Origin: Collinsella aerofaciens
Lineage (GTDB): Bacteria; Actinomycetota; Coriobacteriia; Coriobacteriales; Coriobacteriaceae
Direction: 5' to 3'
Length of the DNA stretch: 64,000 nt
Assembly (NCBI GenBank): GCA_048194085.1
Contig: DBFABM010000020.1
Coordinates: 1,692-65,691 of the forward strand
Positions 7,669-15,596 of this stretch are shown piece by piece; position 1 is the stretch's first letter; the number at the start of each line of letters is the position of its first letter. The notes under the pieces are model-generated. The model was not told the DNA's origin and did not search any database. It worked only from the letters and a program-made list of their open reading frames with translations. Both the position numbers and the translations under genes were made by a program.

Positions 7669-9108
7669 ATGCTTGACTACAATTTGGAAAAACGCGGCGA
7701 AGCATCGCTTTATGAGTATGTTTACCAGCAAATTCGAGATGATATTGTTGCTGGACGTATTGTGGCGGGGGAGCATCTTCCGTCTAAGCGCGCCTTTGCC
7801 AGTCATCTGGGAATCAGTGTCATTACCATCGAGAATGCATATAGCCAGTTACTTGCCGAGGGCTATATTTGCTCAATGCCGCGTCGTGGCTACTACGCTT
7901 GCAAGCTTCCGGATGCACCGGTTTTGCCTTTGGCTTCGCAGGGCATCGACCGAGATACCGTCTCTGTGGGCCTCAGCGCGCATGATGTCAACGGACAGGT
8001 CGAGCTGTTCGATGCACTTTCTCCTTCCGCTTTGGAGGCGGCGCGGCTTTGGCAAAGCGCACTACGGGCGACGCTGGCATCCGAAGATGAGCGCGAAATC
8101 TTTTCGCCCGCACCGGCGCAGGGCACCGCTCGGCTGCGACGCGCAATTGCTCACCACCTGCGTGGGACAAGGGGCATGAATGTCGACCCCAACAACATTG
8201 TTATCGGTGCAGGCGCCCAGCTGCTCGATACCATGTTGGTTCAGTTGCTTGGAGCCGACAAGGTGTATGCCGTTGAGGACCCGGGCTATTTGCGTCTGAC
8301 GCGTATCTATCAGGCTATGGGCTGCAAAGTTCGACATATCCCGTTGGATGACGAGGGCGTGGACTTGAGCACTCTGCAGAAAAGCGGGACCGATGTCCTT
8401 CACCTGATGCCGTCCCATCAGTATCCGACCGGCCTTGTGACGAGCATTGCGCGTCGCTATGCGCTTCTGAGCTGGGCCGCCGAGCGACCAGGTCGGTATC
8501 TCATCGAAGATGACTTTGATTGTGAGTTTCGCCTTGCCGGGAAGCCGATTCCCGCGCTCGCATCGATCGATGCCGCCCAGTCGGTTATCTACACCAACAC
8601 GTTTTCGAAGAGCCTTTCATCGGCGTTGCGTTTGGCGTATATGGTGTTGCCCGATGAGCTAATGGAGCGGTTTAGGCGCAACCTTGGTTTCTACGCCTCG
8701 TCGGTGAGCTCTGTTGACCAGGTCGCTTTGGCGCGTTTGCTGGAATCGGGTGATTACGAGCGACATGTGAACCGCGTGCGCGTTCGTGCTCGCGAGGCGC
8801 GTGATGGCCTGACGTCGCTTGTGCGGAAAGCGTTTCCGGCAGGGGAAGTCTCGATCGAGCAGGCAGATGCGGGCCTTTACTGTACCGTGGTTGCGGAGCG
8901 TGGAACGGGCGGAAGCACTTTTGCACGGGCCCTCACGCGCTCGAGCATCTCTTTTATCGATATCGGTGACTGTTTTTGGTGTGCAGATGGCGCATCTGTC
9001 CCTGAAAACTCAAGTCAAATTCTTGTTCAGTATGACGATTTGAGTCCAAAAGCGCTAAATACCTTGGAATCGCAGCTAATGGGAGCGCTCTGCAATCTAA
9101 GTGAGTAG
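7669..9108 (+). CDS. pdxR: MocR/GntR-family regulator with aminotransferase-like domain (PdxR-like)
   Basis: N-terminal GntR wHTH (LYEYVYQQIRDDIVAGRI..LPSKRAFASHLGISVITIENAY) followed by a class I aminotransferase-fold domain (FSKSL lysine motif). Divergent from pdxST. The last codons and the stop lie inside MITE copy A. Confidence 0.85.
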   Translation: MLDYNLEKRGEASLYEYVYQQIRDDIVAGRIVAGEHLPSKRAFASHLGISVITIENAYSQLLAEGYICSMPRRGYYACKLPDAPVLPLASQGIDRDTVSVGLSAHDVNGQVELFDALSPSALEAARLWQSALRATLASEDEREIFSPAPAQGTARLRRAIAHHLRGTRGMNVDPNNIVIGAGAQLLDTMLVQLLGADKVYAVEDPGYLRLTRIYQAMGCKVRHIPLDDEGVDLSTLQKSGTDVLHLMPSHQYPTGLVTSIARRYALLSWAAERPGRYLIEDDFDCEFRLAGKPIPALASIDAAQSVIYTNTFSKSLSSALRLAYMVLPDELMERFRRNLGFYASSVSSVDQVALARLLESGDYERHVNRVRVRAREARDGLTSLVRKAFPAGEVSIEQADAGLYCTVVAERGTGGSTFARALTRSSISFIDIGDCFWCADGASVPENSSQILVQYDDLSPKALNTLESQLMGALCNLSE

Positions 9109-9217
9109 GCTTTTGGAACTTTGGCGACCAGGCAGTTTTGTAACAAGCTATCTACCTGCGGTTTTGAAAAGCAGGATGACCGGGCTGCTCGGGATGTTCA
9201 AAAAAGTCTACTCACTT
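9099..9217. mobile_element. MITE-like 119-bp element, copy A
   Basis: AAGTGAGTAGGCTTTT...AAAAAGTCTACTCACTT terminal inverted repeats. The conserved centre CTACCTGCGGTTTT is shared with copies at 10519 and 20238. Confidence 0.8.
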
Positions 9218-9400
9218 GTCGCGCAAAGCTTCTGCATGAGAAAAAAATGGGGTTTTCAACAGAACTTCGTCCAGCTCTCGGCAAGCTTTTGGCCAGTTGG
9301 GGAGGACTGTTGAAAACTTGGCAGTCCGTTCGGCACCATTTTTGGCGCGTTCGCGCCAATGCGTGACTGACTGGGTTGAAATTCGTGTTTTCCTGTGCCT

Positions 9401-10528
9401 ATGAAAGATCTACTTTGTGACATATCGGCTTTTAGGTACTGGCGTTTGCCCCCTCAGGTCCGCGCTCTGTGTCCGCCGCTTCCACGACCGGAAGAAGACC
9501 GGCAGCGATATGATCTCGCCCGCAACCCGACGGCTGCGGTCGCGCTCGGTTTTCCGTTGTATACATTGGTTCAGACGAGAAACAAACGGACTTGTCCTGC
9601 CAGCATTAGGCAGCGGCTGTTTCTTGGTGAGCTTCCCAGGGAATCCGTACTGGAAACGGAGCATGGGTTTTTGATTACGTCTCCTCTACTGACGGTATTC
9701 ATCATGTCGCGGCATCTGACGGATCTTCAGCTTCTTTTGGTATTGGCGGAGATGTGTGGCTTGTTTGCGGTGTGCGCTCTGCCTGCGGCACTTGAGGCGG
9801 AGTTTTCGCGTGCAATTGATTCGGGCGCGATCTCGACAACGTTCGGTTGGGTGCGCTGCCCGTCCGAGGACGGCACCGCCTCAAATTTATGGCGTCGAGA
9901 CGCTTTGGTTTTGGGCGGAGACCTTGACCGTTTTTGTTCAGATGTTTGCGGGATACGTTACGGCAATAGATTTAGGACGGTGTCGCAACTCGTTCCATTG
10001 GGTGCCGCGTCGCCTTTTGAGGTCGAGGCGTATTTGCTACTTGCACTGCCGCGATCCCTGGGAGGCGAAGGTTTTTGCGACATAGAGCTTAATGTTGAAG
10101 TGATGCTAAGCACAAGTGCTCGAGCGATTGTGGAAAAGTCCCGTGTATATATCGACATACTTCTGTCTTCGCCGGACGGCAGGCGACAGGTGGCCATTGA
10201 ATGTCAGGGAAAGGCCTCGCACGGACGCGCAGGGGATGGCTTGCGTGACGCTGACCGCATGACGGCCCTTCAGGCCATGGGCTACGATGTGCTTCTCCTG
10301 ACACACAGACAGATATCGGATGAGGATAGATTCCGCGCGATCGTTAAGGCCATATGCAGGATGCTCGATGCTGAATATCGTGATAAAAGCTCAGATGAGC
10401 AAAGGGCTGAGACATTACTCCGGTCTGAACTATTCGTTGACTGGACAAAATTGGGAGTAATCGACGGGAAGATGCCCGTTAGACACAAAACGGCTCAATC
10501 GTGGACGGCTGCGGTTCTAAGTGAGTAG
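9401..10528 (+). CDS. Hypothetical protein with C-terminal Vsr/DUF559-like (PD-(D/E)xK) endonuclease domain
   Basis: ATG 9401. The C-terminus VYIDILLS..RQVAIECQGKASHGRAGDGLRDADRMTALQAMGYDVLLLTHRQI resembles DUF559/very-short-patch-repair endonuclease folds. GC is visibly lower than in the neighbours. The stop codon lies in MITE copy B. Confidence 0.65.
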   Translation: MKDLLCDISAFRYWRLPPQVRALCPPLPRPEEDRQRYDLARNPTAAVALGFPLYTLVQTRNKRTCPASIRQRLFLGELPRESVLETEHGFLITSPLLTVFIMSRHLTDLQLLLVLAEMCGLFAVCALPAALEAEFSRAIDSGAISTTFGWVRCPSEDGTASNLWRRDALVLGGDLDRFCSDVCGIRYGNRFRTVSQLVPLGAASPFEVEAYLLLALPRSLGGEGFCDIELNVEVMLSTSARAIVEKSRVYIDILLSSPDGRRQVAIECQGKASHGRAGDGLRDADRMTALQAMGYDVLLLTHRQISDEDRFRAIVKAICRMLDAEYRDKSSDEQRAETLLRSELFVDWTKLGVIDGKMPVRHKTAQSWTAAVLSE

Positions 10529-10637
10529 ACTTTTGGCACTTTGGTGACCAGGCCGTTTTGCAACAAGTCATTTACCTGCGGCTTTATAAAGCAATATGGG
10601 TGGTGTGCTCGGCAAGTTCCAAAAAGTCTACTCACTT
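10519..10637. mobile_element. MITE-like 119-bp element, copy B
   Basis: AAGTGAGTAGACTTTTGG...CCAAAAAGTCTACTCACTT. Same length and centre as copies A and C, and flanked by TA on both sides. Confidence 0.8.
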
Positions 10638-10701
10638 AGTTTTTGACGAGAAGCCGATGCCGAAGGCGGTCCTATTTTAGGGCGTTAACAAGTTCGTGAG
10701 G

Positions 10702-10737
10702 CACGAAAAAGGCCCGAACCAATACGGTCCGGGCCTC
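10702..10737 (-). terminator. Rho-independent terminator of the rubrerythrin gene
   Basis: On the minus strand, GGCCCGGACC..GGTTCGGGCC hairpin followed by TTTTTCGTG, about 35 nt after the rbr stop. Confidence 0.7.
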
Positions 10738-10770
10738 ATCGAGCTTGAGGTTATGTCTCAGGCGGTTGGC

Positions 10771-11331
10771 TTAGCCAAAGTAGCGCTTGAGCAGGCCGGC
10801 GAAAGCCTTGCCGTGGCGGGCCTCGTCGCGAGCCATCTCGTGCACGGTGTCGTGGATGGCATCGAGGCCAGCGGCCTTGGCGCGCTTAGCAAGATCGGTC
10901 TTGCCGGCGGTGGCGCCGTTCTCGGCCTCAACGCGCATCTCGAGGTTCTTCTTGGTGGAGTCGGTTACGACCTCGCCCAGGAGCTCAGCGAACTTGGCAG
11001 CGTGCTCGGCCTCCTCGTGGGCAGCCTTCTCCCAGTACAGGCCGATCTCGGGATAGCCCTCGCGATGAGCGACGCGCGCCATGGCCAGGTACATACCGAC
11101 CTCGGAGCACTCGCCCTCAAAGTTGGCGCGCAGGTCGGCAACGATGTCCTCGGAGACGCCCTCCATCTTGGCGACGCCCACGACGTGCTCGGCAGCCCAC
11201 TCGAGCTGACCCTCCTCCTGCTTCAGGAAGCGAGAACCGGGAACGCCGCACTGGGGGCACTTGAAGTCCTCGGGCAGCTGGTCGCCGTCGAACTCTTCCA
11301 CATAACCGCAAACGGGGCAAACAAACTTCAT
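10771..11331 (-). CDS. rbr: Reverse rubrerythrin (N-terminal rubredoxin-like domain plus diiron ferritin-like domain)
   Basis: Start ATG 11331 ([10 protein letters not shown]...CPQCG gives two CxxC pairs). Followed by ExxH diiron motifs ([24 protein letters not shown]). Confidence 0.9.
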   Translation of the reverse strand: MKFVCPVCGYVEEFDGDQLPEDFKCPQCGVPGSRFLKQEEGQLEWAAEHVVGVAKMEGVSEDIVADLRANFEGECSEVGMYLAMARVAHREGYPEIGLYWEKAAHEEAEHAAKFAELLGEVVTDSTKKNLEMRVEAENGATAGKTDLAKRAKAAGLDAIHDTVHEMARDEARHGKAFAGLLKRYFG

Positions 11332-11587
11332 GATTCGATCCTTTCGATCGATGGCGATTGTGCGCTCGTCCGGTCCCGTAAGGGCCCTCTCCGGACGTGC
11401 GTCTTGACGAGTTCTATTATCCATAAATGCAACCAAATGTGAAGCCTATTAGGAATGATTTTTAATAAAACAATTTTGAGATATGAAGATGTTGATTGAT
11501 TAACGATTGGCAGGCCGTCTTTGACCGTCGCTGAGTACAATCGGTCGAGCAAATGTTGACCAATCAACAAATGAGGGAGTTTCCTTT

Positions 11588-12808
11588 ATGCATCTAGCCC
11601 GTCGTGCCTGGTGCCGAACATATCAGACGGTTTTTCGCATTGCATTGCCGATCCTGCCCTATACCGAGCCGCGCATTTTAGAGCATGCCGAGGATGTGCC
11701 CGCGGTGCTTCAAAAGCGCTCGATCCAGAAGGTCCTTATCGTGACGGATCCCGGCATTGCCCGTCTGGGGCTCACGGCACCGCTCGAGGCGGCGCTCGCA
11801 TCCAGGGGGATTGGCGTTACGGTCTATGCCGAAACGCGTACAAACCCCACGGTTTCAAACGTGGAGGAAGCGGCGTCCCTGTACCGAGAGAGCGCCTGCC
11901 GGGCCATTATCGGCTTTGGCGGAGGATCAGCCATGGACTGCGCCAAGGGCGTGGGCGCACGCATTGCGCAGCCAAACAAGCCCATCAACAAGATGCGCGG
12001 CCTGTTGCGGATTCATCGTCGCCTGCCGCTGCTCATCGCCGTTCCCACTACCGCCGGTACGGGAAGCGAAGTCACGCTTGCGGCGGTAATTACCGATGAC
12101 GAGACGCACTACAAATACCCTATTAACGACTTTGTGCTCATCCCGCGCTTTGCGGTGCACGACCCCGAGTTTACGCGCGGTCTGCCCGCCTCCATTACGG
12201 GGCAGACGGGTATGGACGCCCTGACGCATGCCGTCGAGGCCTTTATCGGGCGAAGCACCACGCCCTATACGCGCAAGATGGCACGACAGGCGGTGCAGCT
12301 CATCCACGACAATTTGCTCGAGGCCTATGAACATGGCGACGACATGCGTGCACGTCGGAATATGCTTTCGGCGGCGTATAAGGCGGGTGTTGCCTTTACG
12401 CGCTCCTATGTTGGATACGTTCATGCCATCGCACACAGCCTGGGCGGGCGTTACGGGATTCCGCACGGCTTGGCCAACGCTATCATCCTGCCGCATATGC
12501 TTCGCGCCTATGGCGAAGCTGCTGCTCCTAAGCTCGCCGATCTCGCCCGCATGGCCGGCATCGCGCCGGTGACCGCGCAGGACAGCCTGGCGGCCGAGGC
12601 CTTTATCGATTGGGTCGATCGAATGAACGCCGCCTTGGACATTCCCAAATATGTGGCGGGCATTCGCCGCTCCGACATTCCCGAAATGGCGGCACATGCC
12701 GATGCCGAGGCCAATCCGCTGTACCCCGTTCCGCTTTTGATGGCCCGCTCGGAGCTCGAGCATATGTACGAGGTCGTCGCGGGTGGTATGTTTGAGGACG
12801 AGAACTAG
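11588..12808 (+). CDS. Iron-containing (group III) alcohol dehydrogenase
   Basis: GFGGGSAMDCAKG, VPTTAGTGSEVT, and His-rich metal site (HAIAHSLGGRYGIPHG). Confidence 0.9.
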   Translation: MHLARRAWCRTYQTVFRIALPILPYTEPRILEHAEDVPAVLQKRSIQKVLIVTDPGIARLGLTAPLEAALASRGIGVTVYAETRTNPTVSNVEEAASLYRESACRAIIGFGGGSAMDCAKGVGARIAQPNKPINKMRGLLRIHRRLPLLIAVPTTAGTGSEVTLAAVITDDETHYKYPINDFVLIPRFAVHDPEFTRGLPASITGQTGMDALTHAVEAFIGRSTTPYTRKMARQAVQLIHDNLLEAYEHGDDMRARRNMLSAAYKAGVAFTRSYVGYVHAIAHSLGGRYGIPHGLANAIILPHMLRAYGEAAAPKLADLARMAGIAPVTAQDSLAAEAFIDWVDRMNAALDIPKYVAGIRRSDIPEMAAHADAEANPLYPVPLLMARSELEHMYEVVAGGMFEDEN

Positions 12809-12817
12809 GAGGGTGCC

Positions 12818-14197
12818 ATGAACACCGAGGAAATTGCGCGCATCGTCGGCGAGCAGCGCGCCTACTTTAAGACGCACGCTACGTTTGATGTCGATGCTCG
12901 ACGTCGTGCGCTCGTGAGTTTACGCGATGCGGTACGGGCGCACGAGGCCGATATTGCCCATGCGCTCAAGACCGATTTGGGAAAATCGCATGACGAGGCC
13001 TATATGTGCGAGATTGGCACATCGCTTTCCGAGATTCGTCATCAGATCGCTCACGTGGCTCAATGGAGTCGTCCGCGCCTGCGTCCGTGCGACCTTGCCA
13101 ATGCCGTGAGTGTGTGCAAGACGCAAGCCGTGCCCTATGGCGTCACGCTCATCATGGCTCCGTGGAACTACCCGTTTTTGCTGACGCTCGAGCCGCTTGC
13201 CGGCGCCCTTGCCGCGGGCAATACTGTGGTCATCAAGCCGAGCGCCTATGCTCCGGCATCGAGCGCGGTGCTCAGGCAAATCTGTGAAGAGGCATTTGAT
13301 CAGCGCCTGGTGACGGTTGTCGAGGGCGGGCGCGCTGAGAACGAAGCGCTGCTCGATGAGCACTGGGACAAGATCTTCTTTACCGGTAGCGTTCCGGTTG
13401 GCAAGCTCGTCATGGAGCGCGCAAGTAAAAACCTTACGCCCGTGACGCTTGAGCTGGGCGGAAAGAGTCCCTGCATCGTGGATGCGACGGCAAACTTGAA
13501 GGTCGCGGCACGGCGCATCGCCTTTGGTAAATGGCTCAACGTGGGGCAGACCTGCGTGGCGCCCGACTACCTGCTGGTCGATACGCGCGTGCACGACGAG
13601 CTGCTGGGCCTCATCAAGGAGGAGGTCCGTCGCATGTTTGGCGAACATCCACTCGACAATGAGGATTACGGACATATCGTCAACGCCAAGCATTTTGCGC
13701 GTGCGCGCGGGCTGATCGATCCCGATAAGGTCGTGCTTGGAGGTGCCGCGCGCGAGGCTTCGCTCAAGATTGAGCCGACAATTTTGGACGGCGTGGCCCC
13801 CGCTGACGCCGTGATGCAGGAGGAGATCTTCGGTCCCATCTTGCCGGTGCTGACGTTTGAGAGCCTAGACGAGGCCGAAGCGTTTATTACGGATCGTCCG
13901 ACGCCGCTGGCCCTGTATATCTTTAGCCAGGATCGTGCGGTTCAGCAACGCTTTGTGCGCTACGTGCCCTTTGGCGGCGGCTGCGTCAACGACACCATCA
14001 TGCACTTGGCTACGAGCCATATGGGCTTTGGCGGCATGGGCGCGAGCGGTATGGGGCAGTACCATGGCCGCGAGAGCTTCGATACGTTTAGCCACAAGAA
14101 GAGCATCGTGAACAAGGCAACCTGGCTGGACGTGCCGTTTCGGTATGCGCCCTACGCAAGCTGGAAGCACAAATTCGTGCGCATGTTTGTGCATTAG
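12818..14197 (+). CDS. Aldehyde dehydrogenase family protein (ALDH3-like)
   Basis: FTGSVPVGK, ELGGKSPCIV, catalytic Cys context GQTCVAPDY, EEIFGPILPV. Starts 10 nt after the ADH gene. Confidence 0.9.
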   Translation: MNTEEIARIVGEQRAYFKTHATFDVDARRRALVSLRDAVRAHEADIAHALKTDLGKSHDEAYMCEIGTSLSEIRHQIAHVAQWSRPRLRPCDLANAVSVCKTQAVPYGVTLIMAPWNYPFLLTLEPLAGALAAGNTVVIKPSAYAPASSAVLRQICEEAFDQRLVTVVEGGRAENEALLDEHWDKIFFTGSVPVGKLVMERASKNLTPVTLELGGKSPCIVDATANLKVAARRIAFGKWLNVGQTCVAPDYLLVDTRVHDELLGLIKEEVRRMFGEHPLDNEDYGHIVNAKHFARARGLIDPDKVVLGGAAREASLKIEPTILDGVAPADAVMQEEIFGPILPVLTFESLDEAEAFITDRPTPLALYIFSQDRAVQQRFVRYVPFGGGCVNDTIMHLATSHMGFGGMGASGMGQYHGRESFDTFSHKKSIVNKATWLDVPFRYAPYASWKHKFVRMFVH

Positions 14198-14319
14198 AAT
14201 CAGATGGCGTAGCGACAAACGGTCGAAAGGCGCAGGCAGGATGAATTTGTGTCCGCACGAGTTCGTAGACTTCTCAATAAGGTTAAGCGCCGGTTTATCT
14301 GGCCGTTAGGGGAGTTGCT

Positions 14320-14646
14320 ATGTACGAGCCTTCACGTGTTCTTCTGTCATTTCACATTGCAGGATTTCAGTATGCCGATGGCGCTTTGGTCCTAGGCGAT
14401 CTTAAAGCGGGCGATAAACTGACGCTGTGTGCCGAGCGCGATAATCCCCATGACCCCGAGGCAGTTGCGATCTACTATGGCAAGACCAAACTTGGCTACG
14501 TTCCGGGAAACGAGGTCGGCCCACTGTCCTTGATGATGTATTACGGCCACGAGGACGTATTTGAGGCCCGTGTGCAACAGGTTGCCCCCGAGCGCAGCCC
14601 GTGGCATCAGGTGCGCGTTGGGCTCTACGTGGTGGATGCTCGCTAG
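14320..14646 (+). CDS. Stand-alone HIRAN domain protein
   Basis: FHIAGFQYADG...GDKLTLCAERDNPHDPEAVAIYY..KLGYVP is the HIRAN signature. GGGGAG lies before the ATG. Confidence 0.8.
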   Translation: MYEPSRVLLSFHIAGFQYADGALVLGDLKAGDKLTLCAERDNPHDPEAVAIYYGKTKLGYVPGNEVGPLSLMMYYGHEDVFEARVQQVAPERSPWHQVRVGLYVVDAR

Positions 14647-14664
14647 TCGGCAATGGAGGCTGCC

Positions 14665-14844
14665 ATGTTTGATGACGATGACCTGTTTGATCTGGCAGAT
14701 GATCCGTTTGAGTGGGATGTGCTACTCGATGACGATGAGCTGGAACAGGACCGTAAGATGCGGCAGGACAAGAAAACTCAGGGTGACGCTTCGAAAAAGC
14801 AAGACAAGCGCCGCCGCGGACTGTTCGGCGGGCTCTTTGGATAA
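14665..14844 (+). CDS. Small hypothetical protein with acidic N-half and basic C-half
   Basis: ATG 14665 lies 6 nt after GGAGG. Sequence: MFDDDDLFDLADDPFEWDVLLDDDELE...KKQDKRRRGLFGGLFG. Sits between the HIRAN and phosphoesterase genes. No family recognised. Confidence 0.4.
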   Translation: MFDDDDLFDLADDPFEWDVLLDDDELEQDRKMRQDKKTQGDASKKQDKRRRGLFGGLFG

Positions 14845-14910
14845 CCGCCGCATCGCTACGTCTGTATACTTAGCACGAGTTGAACACGTTGCGAAATGAG
14901 GGCATAGACG

Positions 14911-15456
14911 ATGATGTGGTTTACCGCCGACCTGCACCTGGGCGATACGAATATCTTGCACGACATGGACCGGCCGTTTGACTCGGTCGAGGAGATGAAC
15001 CGCAAGGTCATCGATGCCATCAATGAGTGCGTGGCTGCGGACGACCGCCTCTATATTCTGGGTGACTTTACCTATCGTTTGCCCCTGGCGGAGGCGGTGC
15101 GCCTGCGCGAGCGTATCGAATGCCAGAACGTGACGCTCATCCGCGGTAACCATGACGGCGACTGGGAAGATTCCGACGTACCGCAGATTTGGGAAGACGT
15201 GCGCGATTACCTGGAGATTGCTCCCGGCTATGCCAAGGGCCATCGTCTGGTTATGAGCCACTACCCCATGCTCAGCTGGAACGGCAAGGCACGTGGCGCC
15301 ATTATGCTGCATGGGCATATCCACAGCAGGGGTGACCGCGCCAACGCACGCAACCGCGATCGCGAGCGCCCTATCTTTCGCTACGATGTCGGTCTCGATG
15401 CCAACGATTACAAGCCCGTAAGCCGCGATCAGATTCTTAGCTTCTTTGGGTTATAG
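14911..15456 (+). CDS. Metallophosphoesterase (calcineurin-like) family protein
   Basis: DLHLGD, GDF, GNHD and GHIH motifs in canonical order; 181 aa. Confidence 0.85.
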   Translation: MMWFTADLHLGDTNILHDMDRPFDSVEEMNRKVIDAINECVAADDRLYILGDFTYRLPLAEAVRLRERIECQNVTLIRGNHDGDWEDSDVPQIWEDVRDYLEIAPGYAKGHRLVMSHYPMLSWNGKARGAIMLHGHIHSRGDRANARNRDRERPIFRYDVGLDANDYKPVSRDQILSFFGL

Positions 15457-15509
15457 GGCGCCAGAGCCACCACAAAGGGGACAGGCACCTTTGTGGTGGT
15501 TCTGGCGCC
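15457..15509 (+). terminator. Very long (22-bp stem) hairpin immediately after the phosphoesterase stop codon
   Basis: GGCGCCAGAGCCACCACAAAGG (15457-15478) pairs 21/22 with CCTTTGTGGTGGTTCTGGCGCC (15488-15509). No clear U-tract. Confidence 0.5.
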
Positions 15510-15596
15510 GTTGCCATTATGGCGGCGGCGCCTTTTTTGTCCGCGCGGCGCGGTAGAGTGTAGCCGGTTGATATTTGCGTCCATCGAGGAGCTGCT

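Noticed and set aside
11332-11587. PerR/Fur-like operator in the AT-rich rbr/adh divergent region (TTGATTGATTAA, TTGACCAATCAACAA)
   Set aside because: Only loose partial palindromes are present. I cannot match a defined PerR/Fur box by eye.
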